Below the pieces are notes generated by a model. That model worked only from the letters and a program-made list of their open reading frames with translations, searched no databases and was not told where the DNA came from. Shown here in pieces: positions 1 to 9,050 of a stretch of 64,000 nt of DNA; position 1 is the first letter of the stretch, and each line of letters begins with the position of its first letter. The stretch spans positions 63,427 to 127,426 of IMG/VR virus record IMGVR_UViG_3300018022_000003. One strand, written 5' to 3'. Source of the DNA: a virus. A program made the position numbers and the translations under genes.

Positions 1-5
1 AGCTG

Positions 6-794
6 ATGACCAGGAGGTTCCAGCAGGTCAGCGAGGCGTATAGCACGCTGAAAGACCCCGCCAAGCGCAGGGAGTACGATGCGGCCCTGGACATGCTGGA
101 GTCCCCCGAGTACTACCAGCCCATGGTGGTCCAGCCTCCTCCCCATTCCTCTTCCCCTTCGCCTGTACGGAGGGCGTCGCCTAAATGGCAGCCGTTGTGG
201 GCCTCCAACAACCTACGGGGTATGGCAATAGGGACCATATTCTGCCTTGCGGCTATCCTTCCGCTTGTTTTAATGTGTCTCGACCCTTCTGGTAAGAAGG
301 CTGCCGCCGCACCGACCGTCCAGGCAACGCCGACTGTACGGAAGGCCCCTGCTCCTGTTGTCGTTAAACCTGCTACCGTAGCTCCTGCGCCTGTAGTCAG
401 GCCCGTGAAAGACAAGGTCGTCAAGACAGCAGAGAAGCCGGTTGTCGAGGCAGCAGAGAAGCCGCCTTCTGTCAGGTTCGGATGGGCTACGATGACCCAA
501 GACAGCAGGATTTTTGAATCATGGGGAAAGGACAGCCACGGCAACCTTCTTTTCTATGGTGCCAGTTCTGCACATTGTCTCAGCGCAGGCGAACGGGTCG
601 AGACAAGGGGCAGCCAGACGAATGCTTCCGGAGAGGGCTATAGGCTTGTCAGGACATCTGATGACAGGGAAGGATGGGTGTGGAGAAACGACGTGCAGGT
701 TGATGACATTAGCGGCAACGAGGGATGGCAGGACTATGCCCCGTCCAGTACAGAGGAAAAGAAGCGCCCCTCTGCCATTACCCCCTTACCATAG
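6..794 (+). CDS. J-domain (DnaJ-like) protein, 5' end outside window; TM helix, Pro/Ala-rich linker, C-terminal SH3b-like domain
   Basis: RFQQVSEAYSTLKDPAKRREYD is J-domain helix III/IV (HPD loop lies upstream of base 1); hydrophobic GMAIGTIFCLAAILPLVLM; ...YRLVRTSDDREGWVWRNDV resembles SH3b. Confidence 0.75.
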   Translation: MTRRFQQVSEAYSTLKDPAKRREYDAALDMLESPEYYQPMVVQPPPHSSSPSPVRRASPKWQPLWASNNLRGMAIGTIFCLAAILPLVLMCLDPSGKKAAAAPTVQATPTVRKAPAPVVVKPATVAPAPVVRPVKDKVVKTAEKPVVEAAEKPPSVRFGWATMTQDSRIFESWGKDSHGNLLFYGASSAHCLSAGERVETRGSQTNASGEGYRLVRTSDDREGWVWRNDVQVDDISGNEGWQDYAPSSTEEKKRPSAITPLP

Positions 795-1017
795 GCGGGG
801 GGTCTAGCTACCTGTCCCCCTGCGGGACAAGCCTCTCCTCTATCTCTCCCACGGGGCAGGCGAAGTCGCCATAGCTGTCCGGGTCGCTGCGGTAGAGGAC
901 GGCGCTCTTCTGCGAGTGGCGCTCCTCTAGGTTAGGCCCCTTCGCCGAGCCTGCCAGCAGCGCCTCCACGTAGTGCCCTATGGCCTGCATGCGCCTGTCC
1001 CTCTCTGCGGTCAGCAC

Positions 1018-1210
1018 CCAGGCCGTCTACCGGGGCAACCTCAGCCGCCAGTTCATCGAGGACGTGAGGAAGGGCGTATACCCTGTATGGGAGGGGGTCG
1101 TTGCCAAGGGCGAAGGCTTCATGGTCAAGGTCAAGACCCTTGCCTACCTCGCCCGGCTGAAGGAGGTCTTCGGCGGCCGGGAGGAGGACTTTGGCAGGTA
1201 TTGGGAGTAA
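1018..1210 (+). pseudogene. 5'-truncated remnant of an RNA-ligase-like nucleotidyltransferase
   Basis: VYRGNLSRQFIEDVRKG..EGVVAKG..MVKVKTLAYLARLKE..YWE resembles motifs IV/V; in-frame TAG at 971 and no KxDG motif upstream. Confidence 0.5.
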
Positions 1211-1237
1211 ACTAAACCAAGCAAAGGAGATACAAAG

Positions 1238-1474
1238 ATGAATATTTCTCTCAAGGTTCTCGGGGGGGTGGTGGGGATAGCTATCTTCCTGAGCATCCTG
1301 GTCGTTGTCGGCCTGCTGGTGGGGTACCCCGCCAAGTGGATTATGAACTACCTGCTTGCGCCGTCGGCCTTGCAGGCGGTCTTCGGAGTCGCCAGGATGA
1401 CCTTCTGGCGGGCCTTCTGGCTCAACATCCTCTGCGGGATACTGTTCAAGGCATCGGCATCCTCGGTGAAATAG
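1238..1474 (+). CDS. small membrane protein
   Basis: AGGAG RBS, 78 aa, hydrophobic helices. Confidence 0.7.
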   Translation: MNISLKVLGGVVGIAIFLSILVVVGLLVGYPAKWIMNYLLAPSALQAVFGVARMTFWRAFWLNILCGILFKASASSVK

Positions 1475-1504
1475 GGAGGCAGCCCGAGGCGGCAAGAGGA
1501 TGGG

Positions 1505-3169
1505 CTAGCTGTAGGACTGCACGAACCCCGTCACCCCGAAGGCCCTCCCTATCGGCGTAGGGGCTATCCCGTAGCCGGGCGCATAGGCGGTGTTGGTTAT
1601 CTCCAGCCTGACCAGCCTGGTGACCAGCGGCACGTAGACCTTCCAGTCGGCCATGGCGGTGATGCCCACGCTGTACACGTACTGGGGGGCGGTGCCGGAC
1701 ATGTCACGCTGCATCCCCTGGTAGGAGCGGCGGGCCTCGAAGACGGTCACCCCGTCCGCCTCCATGTTCTCCCTCCTCATCACGAGGAGCTGCTGCTTGA
1801 GCATCTCGCTCAGGTCCGAGGAGGTCTGGAGGTCGTTGGACCTCACGTCCAGGGTGAAGTCGATGTTCTCCTTGGAGCCGTACACCTCGTAGGTCTCGCA
1901 CGTCTCGGGGGACACGATTACGGCCACCTGGTCCCCCACCACCACGTTGTCCCCTACCGCTATCCTCAGGCCTGGTATGAGGTGCTCGTTGGTGCGGTAC
2001 TTCCTGGCCTCCTTCTCCGCCTGGGAGGTCTTTATCCTCACCTCCCACCTGCACCACTCCCCCGGCATCAGCAGCCTGGGGAGCGTCACCGTGCCGTCGC
2101 TGTTCACCGCCGCAGAGTAGTAGTCGCCGTAGGCGGTATGGATGAACACCTGGCCGTCGGCCAGGGACTCCCCCGGCCTGACGTCCGTCTGCAATATGTC
2201 CTCCGGGTTGGTGCCCGGGACGTCCAGGGGGTTTACCCTTACCACCATCCTGGCCGTTATGGTCATGCCGGGAGGGGTCCAGTCGGACAGCCTTACCCAG
2301 CCGTTGGAGGCGTACCAGGTGTAGTCCTTGCCTAGCTGGAGGACGTACCCTGTCTGGTCAACCAGGGAGAACGACACGAGGGCGCTCATCTGCTGCGGGG
2401 GGCTGGAGCCTGGCACCGGCACCTTCTCCTGGGGGATGTTCGCTACCTCGGAGCCTCCCACGGTGCTGGCCACGATGACCTGGTCAACCTCCTGCTGGTA
2501 CCAGTAGTCCGCCAGCGGGCGCAGGGCCGCAGGGGGTGAGCCTGCAAAGAGGGTAAGGCCGGCGGGGGTAGGGGTGAGCAGGTAGCCGACACGGGGCGAG
2601 AGCAGCAGGTCTATGGGCACCGGGGGGCTGCCGGTGTAGGTAGGGTAGCTCCCGTCGTTCACGGCGGTCACCAGGGGGGTAGGGGGGCTTTCCCTCCCCT
2701 CCACGTATCCGGACAGCGTGGTGCCGTCTATGCCTGGGGCCAGGTAGACCACGGACCCCTGGGCGTTGCATACCTTCCCCTCCTCCCAGCGGAACTGCTG
2801 CATGGTCAGCTTTACCCCGCTGCTCTGGTCGTCCACGGAGTCCACGTTGAAGTAGTAGGTCCCGGCCACGGGGGTCTGCTTGGTGGCGTCCACCTCCTGG
2901 AGCCATTCCACGAAGGAGCCGTCGTGGTGCTCCACCTTCGCCAGGATGGCCCTCCCGTACTGCTTGGTCATGAAGTAGTCGGGGGACAGGCGGTTGCCGG
3001 CCGAGGACACGTCCTTGATGCTGACCTGGGCGTCCTTCCACTGTATCAGGTTGTTGAAGGGGGTTGACACCTCGCCGAGCGTGTCCCTGAACCGGGGGCT
3101 GCGGCTTACGGCGTCCTCTATGATGCGGCGTATGTAGGCGATGAGGTTCCCGCCCGTGAGGTCAAGCAT
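1505..3169 (-). CDS. probable virion structural protein (tail-completion/neck-like), 554 aa
   Basis: Long ORF with GGGAG RBS; beta-rich; lies upstream of neck and sheath genes; function inferred from context only. Confidence 0.5.
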   Translation of the reverse strand: MLDLTGGNLIAYIRRIIEDAVSRSPRFRDTLGEVSTPFNNLIQWKDAQVSIKDVSSAGNRLSPDYFMTKQYGRAILAKVEHHDGSFVEWLQEVDATKQTPVAGTYYFNVDSVDDQSSGVKLTMQQFRWEEGKVCNAQGSVVYLAPGIDGTTLSGYVEGRESPPTPLVTAVNDGSYPTYTGSPPVPIDLLLSPRVGYLLTPTPAGLTLFAGSPPAALRPLADYWYQQEVDQVIVASTVGGSEVANIPQEKVPVPGSSPPQQMSALVSFSLVDQTGYVLQLGKDYTWYASNGWVRLSDWTPPGMTITARMVVRVNPLDVPGTNPEDILQTDVRPGESLADGQVFIHTAYGDYYSAAVNSDGTVTLPRLLMPGEWCRWEVRIKTSQAEKEARKYRTNEHLIPGLRIAVGDNVVVGDQVAVIVSPETCETYEVYGSKENIDFTLDVRSNDLQTSSDLSEMLKQQLLVMRRENMEADGVTVFEARRSYQGMQRDMSGTAPQYVYSVGITAMADWKVYVPLVTRLVRLEITNTAYAPGYGIAPTPIGRAFGVTGFVQSYS

Positions 3170-3221
3170 AGCGTCTCCCTAATAAGGGAGGGCATAGGCG
3201 GGAACCTGGGGCCTGCCGTGC

Positions 3222-3503
3222 TTAGAGCTTCTTGAGGAGCTTCTCGGCCTCTGCCTTGGCGTCGTTGTACACCTTGGCGGCTTCGGCCTTAATCTTCTCT
3301 GCCTCAGCCTTTGCCTCGTTGAGAATCTTCTCTGCCTCGGGCGTTGCCTTGGCTATGTCTGCCTTGGCAGCGGCCTCAAGCTTCTTCGCCTCGGACACTC
3401 CCCTCCTCCACCATCCTATGATGATGGCCAGGACGTGCGAGAGGAACAGGGTGATTATCCCCTTGGCTCCGAGTATGCTGACGATGTCGCTCCAGATGGT
3501 CAT
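3222..3503 (-). CDS. membrane-anchored protein with AEAEK coiled-coil repeats
   Basis: N-terminal TM helix followed by EAKAEAEK-type repeats. Confidence 0.6.
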   Translation of the reverse strand: MTIWSDIVSILGAKGIITLFLSHVLAIIIGWWRRGVSEAKKLEAAAKADIAKATPEAEKILNEAKAEAEKIKAEAAKVYNDAKAEAEKLLKKL

Positions 3504-3567
3504 CTTGCTCTCCTTGTTCTAGGCGTGTGCTTCCGCCGTAGGTTAATACTGGATGCCGGACGGGTAC

Positions 3568-4782
3568 CTACCAGCTACTACCCTGCCCCAGCCTCGTGTC
3601 TGTCACCTGGTCGATGTCGCCCACGTTCGTCTCCTTGTCCATTATCTTGACGGGCAGGGCGCTGTAGTCAACGCCAGGGGGCGGGGGCGGCACGGTCTGG
3701 GTGATAGGCTCAATCCACTGGTGGATGGAGCGCCGTATGTCCCCGATGGACACGAACCAGCTAATCCTCGGGTACCAGCGGTTCTCTATCTGTATCTTGC
3801 CTCCCCCGTCGTAGTACAGGATGTTCCACTCGCTGCCGTCATGGGCCTGGAATACGGCCCCCGGCAGCATGTAGGCGAAGAAAATCTCGTCCCCCTCGAT
3901 AGGGCTTAGGGGGTTGGGGAGCTGCAACGTGCCGGGGTTGGGCTTGAACTGGGCGAAGGTGCTCGTCCGCACGTCCTCCGGGTCCCCTACCATGGCCTGT
4001 AGCCCCTGGTCGGGGTTTGGGTGGTCTTCCTCGCATAGCACCCTGGCCGTCTTGGCCAGCTCGGCCGTCATCTCCTTGGTATCCATAGCCGTTCCTCTCT
4101 TATGGGGCGGATAGTCGCCATTCTTTCCTTCCGCCTCCTGGATTCTCTCGTCCACGGCGTCGTCGTCCAGCGACCTCATGGCCCAGTTCTTGTCCTCAAG
4201 CCTTATCTCCACCACCTGGCCGGGGGAGGGCCCTCCCCCCTGGGGCACCTTCTTGGGGTCCCCGTCCGTCAGGATGCAGGGCAGGGCAAGCTGGAGGCGT
4301 GAATGGCTGAAGGCGGCTATGCTGCCCCCCGTCTCCTCGAACACTCTCCTCGCCCTCTCCTGGAGCCAGCGGACTATCTTCGTTGCCCGGTCGTAGAACT
4401 CCCTGTAGGACCTGCCCCCTGGCGGGGCCTCGTCCATGCTCTGCTGGAGGGCCAGCATCTCCTCCTCGTGGTCCCGCACGTAGTCCCCGGACCACTCCCC
4501 CAGGTCCCAGGGGCGCAGGTTGGGGATGAGGTAGAGGGCGGCCCCGGTGGCCTTGGCCACCTCCCTGGCGGTCTCGGCCGCCCTGTCCAGGTCGGACGAG
4601 TATATCTCCTTCACGTTCAGGCTCTTGAACTTCTTGGCGTCCTCTTTTGCCTCCCTCTTCCCCTCTTCGTCCAGGGGGATGTTGGCCCATCCCCGGATGC
4701 GGCTGTCGAGGGAGTCCCCCGTAGTGCTGTTGTAGGGCGTGTGCCCGTGCCGGCCGAAGTATATGGTGGGCTTCCCTTCCAT
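3568..4782 (-). CDS. histidine phosphatase superfamily protein fused to an uncharacterised C-terminal domain
   Basis: FGRHGHT, SSDLDRAAETA and FSHS motifs; ATG at 4782 overlaps the upstream TAA (TAATG). Confidence 0.8.
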   Translation of the reverse strand: MEGKPTIYFGRHGHTPYNSTTGDSLDSRIRGWANIPLDEEGKREAKEDAKKFKSLNVKEIYSSDLDRAAETAREVAKATGAALYLIPNLRPWDLGEWSGDYVRDHEEEMLALQQSMDEAPPGGRSYREFYDRATKIVRWLQERARRVFEETGGSIAAFSHSRLQLALPCILTDGDPKKVPQGGGPSPGQVVEIRLEDKNWAMRSLDDDAVDERIQEAEGKNGDYPPHKRGTAMDTKEMTAELAKTARVLCEEDHPNPDQGLQAMVGDPEDVRTSTFAQFKPNPGTLQLPNPLSPIEGDEIFFAYMLPGAVFQAHDGSEWNILYYDGGGKIQIENRWYPRISWFVSIGDIRRSIHQWIEPITQTVPPPPPGVDYSALPVKIMDKETNVGDIDQVTDTRLGQGSSW

Positions 4783-6095
4783 TATGCCTCTATCTTCCCG
4801 AAGGTCACCGTCCTGCCGATGGGTACCTCGACGGTGTTCTCCCACGGCTCCCGGTTGGGCTGCTCCCTGGCGTCGTAGAGCGGCTCCCCGTCCCCCCTGA
4901 GGTGGTGGGGGTCGATGCCCTGGTCGGGGTTGTCCCTCACTACAGGGTTGTAAAGCGTCGGCAGGCCCGTGTTGAGGGGGATGAGGTAGCGGGTGTCGCC
5001 GGGCTTCAGCAGCTCGGTGCCGAAGTCCTGCTGTAGGAGGATGCCCCTGGGCTGCTTGTAGGTCACGCCGTGTATGACCAGCCGGTCGCCGGTCCTCCGC
5101 ACCAGGAGGTCCCCGTCCTGGACGATGGGGGTGTTGGTCAGGTACGAGCGGCTCTCACGGGCCGCCTTGATGCCCCCTCCCTCGTCCAGCTCACGCACCA
5201 GGGCGGTGTCCGGGGGGACGTAGAGCAGGTCGTAGGGGCCGTAGTACCCCCCGATTATGCCGGTCTCGAAGCACGACTTGCACCCGTGCCTGGGCGCTCC
5301 CAGCCCGGCCTCGGGGCGCACGCACCCGCACGGCTCCCCCCTCGTCCGCCTGAACAGGACATAGGCCGGCTCCCCCACCTGCTCGAACACCCACTGGTTG
5401 CGCCTTACCATCTCGGCGTACTCCCAGGTGATGGCGTCCACCTCCTGGGTGTTCACTACCTTGCTTCCCGGCGCTCCTGGCCTGTGAAGCTCCCCGTGGT
5501 CCCCGACAGGCACCACGGTATAGAACTGCCGGACCATGGAGGTATAGATGTCCACGTAGTTCGCCAGGCGCTTGTAGGTCGCCCGGAACCTCTGTATCCC
5601 GCCGTAGTTCACCTGGTTGACGTTGTCGGTATAGACCTGGGCCTGGTCCGACACCGCACCCCCCTGCGGCAGGTCGTTGTCGGCCGGCAGCCAGACGGCC
5701 TGGTCGAGCGGCACCACGGCTATGGGGCGTACGGTAATGGTGCTGTTGGAGATGTCCGTCAGGGTGACGGAGACGTCGTCGGGGCTGGTGGCCAGCTTCG
5801 GCCTGGACGCCACTATGTCGGAGTAGGGTGCCTCGGGGAGCTTGAACCCCCACTTGCCCATCCCCCCCTTGTCAATCCAGTCCTTGGGCCCTACCTCGTA
5901 GGTTACCTCCTCCAGGGCCGCCTGGTCACGCCAGAAGTGGCCCCTCCATACCCCCCGGTTCAGCCTCTCCCAGTTGTCCGGGTAGTCGTGTGCCCTGTAG
6001 ATGTTGTACCCCTTCGTCGCCTCGGGGTCGTCCACCCACCATAGGTCACGGCTCCCTACGTAGCTGGAGTTAAGGACGAGAAGCTCGTTTACCAT
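4782..6095 (-). CDS. putative head-closure/neck protein
   Basis: RRTRGEPCGC...CKSCFETGIIGGYYGP Cys cluster and DGDLLV motif as recalled from large-phage neck proteins. Confidence 0.5.
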   Translation of the reverse strand: MVNELLVLNSSYVGSRDLWWVDDPEATKGYNIYRAHDYPDNWERLNRGVWRGHFWRDQAALEEVTYEVGPKDWIDKGGMGKWGFKLPEAPYSDIVASRPKLATSPDDVSVTLTDISNSTITVRPIAVVPLDQAVWLPADNDLPQGGAVSDQAQVYTDNVNQVNYGGIQRFRATYKRLANYVDIYTSMVRQFYTVVPVGDHGELHRPGAPGSKVVNTQEVDAITWEYAEMVRRNQWVFEQVGEPAYVLFRRTRGEPCGCVRPEAGLGAPRHGCKSCFETGIIGGYYGPYDLLYVPPDTALVRELDEGGGIKAARESRSYLTNTPIVQDGDLLVRRTGDRLVIHGVTYKQPRGILLQQDFGTELLKPGDTRYLIPLNTGLPTLYNPVVRDNPDQGIDPHHLRGDGEPLYDAREQPNREPWENTVEVPIGRTVTFGKIEA

Positions 6096-6146
6096 TGCCC
6101 CCTACTGATAAAGGGGCGGGTAGTCCTGCCTCGTATAAAACCCGAA

Positions 6147-6182
6147 GAATCCTGCTGTAACGTGTGTATCCTGGTGTATAAT
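6147..6182 (+). promoter_or_regulatory. GAATCC-N24-TATAAT promoter upstream of Ku
   Basis: GAATCC at 6147-6152, GGTG-TATAAT at 6173-6182; same architecture at 7 other sites. Confidence 0.75.
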
Positions 6183-6202
6183 GTAGGTGGAGGGAAAAGG
6201 AC

Positions 6203-7210
6203 ATGCCAAAAGCAAAGCCTACCGTAGCGGACGCCGCCAGCATCGCCAGCCAGCTCAGCGCCGTGCTCAAGCCGCAGCCCGCCGTCGCCCCGCAGGCCGC
6301 AGCCAAGGAGAAGGTCTACGTCAGCAAGGCAACGTGGTCGGGCACCCTTGTCGTCGCCCCCGGCCTTGCCTTCAAGGCAAAGCTCTACAAGGCCACCAAC
6401 GACCCCACGGAGGGGTTCAAGTCCAACATGGTACACCAGTGTGCCTGTGCTGACGGCACCACGCAGTACTCGCAGCTAAGGCAGGGCAGCATGAAGTGCT
6501 CCGTGTGCGGCGTCGATGTCCCCAAGGAAAGCATCCAGAAGGGCATCCCCAACGGCGACGGCACCTTCACCGTCGTCAGCGAGGACGATAAGAAGTCCTG
6601 CATGGTCCGCTCCGAGGGAGAGGCGGAAATCCTCCGCTTCGTCCCCCTTACCTCCGTTGACCCCATATACTTCGACGGCGCATCCGAGTTCCTCGGCCCC
6701 GACAAGGGCACCGAGAAGCACTACGCCATCCTGCGTGAGATGCTGAACAAGGGCCTTGCCGCAGTCGCCATGAACGTCCAGCGTGGGCAGGAGTACATGC
6801 TGGTCCTCCGCCCCTACGGCACGAGCGGCATCATCGCCAACTACATCCGCAGGGAGCACGAGGTCCGTGCGTGCGACAAGTTCCCCACGGTCGCCCTGAG
6901 CGTCCAGGAGAAGGCGCTTGCCTCCTCCCTTGCCGACGCCCTGACGGGACGGTTCGACACCGACGAGTTCCCCGACACCTACGCCAGCAACCTGCGTGGG
7001 CTTATCGCCGCCAAACAGGCAGGGACGGCGGCCCCCGTGGTCGAGAAGCAGGCACCCGCCCCCCTGACGGTTGACCTGATGGCGGCCCTCCAGGCCTCTA
7101 TCAACGCCGCCAAGGCAAAGCAGGGCGGGCAGCCCGTCGCCGTCGCCGAGCAGCTTATCGCCGAGAAGGCCGCCGAGGCCTCCAGCGCCGCCAAGTTCGC
7201 CATCAACTAA
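6203..7210 (+). CDS. ku: Ku DNA end-binding protein
   Basis: ATWSGTL..KLYKAT, SIQKG, EILRFVPLTSVDPIYFD, YAILRE, LVLRP, HEVR motifs of prokaryotic Ku; Cys/His zinc-ribbon in the bridge region. Confidence 0.9.
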   Translation: MPKAKPTVADAASIASQLSAVLKPQPAVAPQAAAKEKVYVSKATWSGTLVVAPGLAFKAKLYKATNDPTEGFKSNMVHQCACADGTTQYSQLRQGSMKCSVCGVDVPKESIQKGIPNGDGTFTVVSEDDKKSCMVRSEGEAEILRFVPLTSVDPIYFDGASEFLGPDKGTEKHYAILREMLNKGLAAVAMNVQRGQEYMLVLRPYGTSGIIANYIRREHEVRACDKFPTVALSVQEKALASSLADALTGRFDTDEFPDTYASNLRGLIAAKQAGTAAPVVEKQAPAPLTVDLMAALQASINAAKAKQGGQPVAVAEQLIAEKAAEASSAAKFAIN

Positions 7211-7220
7211 GGAGCCGCAG

Positions 7221-7991
7221 ATGAAGGCAGAGCTTCTGACACCGATAGGCATACCGAGGCTGATGGCCCTTGCCAGGGACGACAACTACGGGTTCCAGCA
7301 GAAGCACGACGGGCACCGCACCCTGGTAGAGAAGCACGGCAATGCTATAAGGACCTACAACCGGGAGGGGGAGCCTACGCACCCCCTCCCCCCCTCCCTG
7401 CAAGGCACCCTCCTGGCGAGCGGCATCCCCGACTTCTATATCGACACGGAGCGTGTGGCCAGGCGGCTCATAGTCCTGGACGTCGTCAGCCTCCTGGGGT
7501 CAGACCTGAGGGCCCTGCCCTACAGCAGCCGTGAGCCTATCGCCCACCAGGCGTTCGACTGCCTGGGGCCCGGGGTAGAGGCCATCGGCACCATCCTGGG
7601 GACGGAGGCCAAGCTGGCCTACGTGGAGTACCTCATCAGGACCAAAGCAGAGGGGGTGGTCGTGCGTGACATGCGGAAACCCTACAGGGAGGGCGACGCC
7701 TGCCAGCACTTCAAGCTGAAGTTCGTCAAGGAGTGTGACGCCGTGGTCATAGGCCCCTCCCCTGACGGCAAGGACAGCGTCCGCATAGGGCTGTACAGGG
7801 GCGACGGTACCCTGCACGAGATATCCGGGGTTAGCCTCAGGAACAAGTTCAGGGTCCAGCCCGGCGACGTCATAACGGTGCGCTACCTATGCGCTACCAG
7901 GGACCTGCACATACGGGAGCCTCACCTCGTCCGCAAGCGGGACGACAAGAGGGCCTCCGACTGCTGGCTCAGCCAGCTAACCGAGGAATGA
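7221..7991 (+). CDS. minimal ATP-dependent DNA ligase (NTase plus OB domains)
   Basis: QKHDG (KxDG motif I), DTE, EGVVVR (IV), FKLKF (V), C-terminal OB fold. Confidence 0.85.
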   Translation: MKAELLTPIGIPRLMALARDDNYGFQQKHDGHRTLVEKHGNAIRTYNREGEPTHPLPPSLQGTLLASGIPDFYIDTERVARRLIVLDVVSLLGSDLRALPYSSREPIAHQAFDCLGPGVEAIGTILGTEAKLAYVEYLIRTKAEGVVVRDMRKPYREGDACQHFKLKFVKECDAVVIGPSPDGKDSVRIGLYRGDGTLHEISGVSLRNKFRVQPGDVITVRYLCATRDLHIREPHLVRKRDDKRASDCWLSQLTEE

Positions 7992-8002
7992 GGGGTAATA
8001 TC

Positions 8003-8209
8003 ATGGTAGTGGTCAGCCACGGGAGAGCCGAGCTGCTCTCGGAGGCAGAGGAACAGGATATCCTATGGGAGATAGCCGGGGATGTCCTGGGGCCAGCCTA
8101 TAGGGAAGCATACAAGAGGCTGTTTACGCTCACGGAGGAGGTCAGGGTGCAGTATATCCCCCCGTTCCGGCATATGAGGAGGGCTGTCCATGTTCCTAAA
8201 GCTGCTTAA
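8003..8209 (+). CDS. hypothetical protein
   Basis: GAGGGG RBS, continues the Ku-ligase operon. Confidence 0.5.
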   Translation: MVVVSHGRAELLSEAEEQDILWEIAGDVLGPAYREAYKRLFTLTEEVRVQYIPPFRHMRRAVHVPKAA

Positions 8210-8375
8210 GCGCATGGCGTTCCATGCCGCCGTGGTCATAGGCGGCTCCTGCTCCATCATCCTGCTTGTCCTGAGGAGGCTTGTCACCTTCCAGCAGGGG
8301 GTAGGGCTGGCCATGGTCCTGGGCCTGGTCCTCGGGCTGGCAAGCATGTTCCTTGAGAGGAAAGGGGTTATCTGA
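8190..8375 (+). CDS. small two-helix membrane protein
   Basis: Two hydrophobic segments; TGATG coupling to next gene. Confidence 0.6.
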   Translation: MFLKLLKRMAFHAAVVIGGSCSIILLVLRRLVTFQQGVGLAMVLGLVLGLASMFLERKGVI

Positions 8376-8758
8376 TGGTCTTCGTCTTCGGCAGCAATGA
8401 GAAGGGAATCCATGGCGGGGGGGCAGCACGCACCGCCGTGGCCCGCTACGGTGCCGTATGGGGGCAGGGGGAGGGAAGGCAGGGCAACGCCTACGCCATC
8501 CCCACATGCAGCGCCCCGATGCGCTCGGACGGGGACCGGCTTCCCCTCCCCAAGGTCAGGGAGTACGTCCACAGGTTCGTCCAGTACGCCAAGGGCCACC
8601 CCGAGGAGAAGTTCAAGGTCACCCAGGTGGGGTGCGGCCTGGCGGGCCTCGCAGCGGCGGACGTCGCCCCCATGTTCGAGGACGCCCCCCGGAACTGCTA
8701 CTTTGACCTGGCATGGGAGGGGTTCCTCCCCCACCATCTATTCTGGGGCACCTACTAG
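8375..8758 (+). CDS. phage FVFGSN-G-HG-GAA family protein (A1S_2505-like, probably macrodomain-related)
   Basis: VFVFGSNEKGIHGGGAARTA..GAVWGQGEGRQGNAYAIPT and VTQVGCGLAG motifs. Confidence 0.75.
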   Translation: MVFVFGSNEKGIHGGGAARTAVARYGAVWGQGEGRQGNAYAIPTCSAPMRSDGDRLPLPKVREYVHRFVQYAKGHPEEKFKVTQVGCGLAGLAAADVAPMFEDAPRNCYFDLAWEGFLPHHLFWGTY

Positions 8759-8793
8759 AATCCCGTCCCATCCTGTGTATCCTGGTGTATACT
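8758..8793 (+). promoter_or_regulatory. GAATCC-N24-TATACT promoter
   Basis: GAATCC at 8758-8763, TATACT at 8788-8793. Confidence 0.75.
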
Positions 8794-8813
8794 ACAAAAG
8801 GAAGGAGAAACCC

Positions 8814-9050
8814 ATGCCATCACCCAGGAAGAGGGTCCCGGTCACCAAGGACGAGAACTTCGGCAATGCCGTCGCCGAGCTTATGGACACCCTGGAGGCG
8901 GTCGGGAAGAAGAGCCAGAGCCTACCCGACGAGCTTCTGGACGAGGTCCATGAGAGGGTCGAGGACCTTACCATACTTATCCAGAAGGCCCTGGTGCATG
9001 AGGGCGTCAGGGTGCAGTACCGCAGCGGCCCCACGGAGCCGGGGGACTAG
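8814..9050 (+). CDS. hypothetical protein
   Basis: AAGGAG RBS directly after the promoter. Confidence 0.65.
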   Translation: MPSPRKRVPVTKDENFGNAVAELMDTLEAVGKKSQSLPDELLDEVHERVEDLTILIQKALVHEGVRVQYRSGPTEPGD

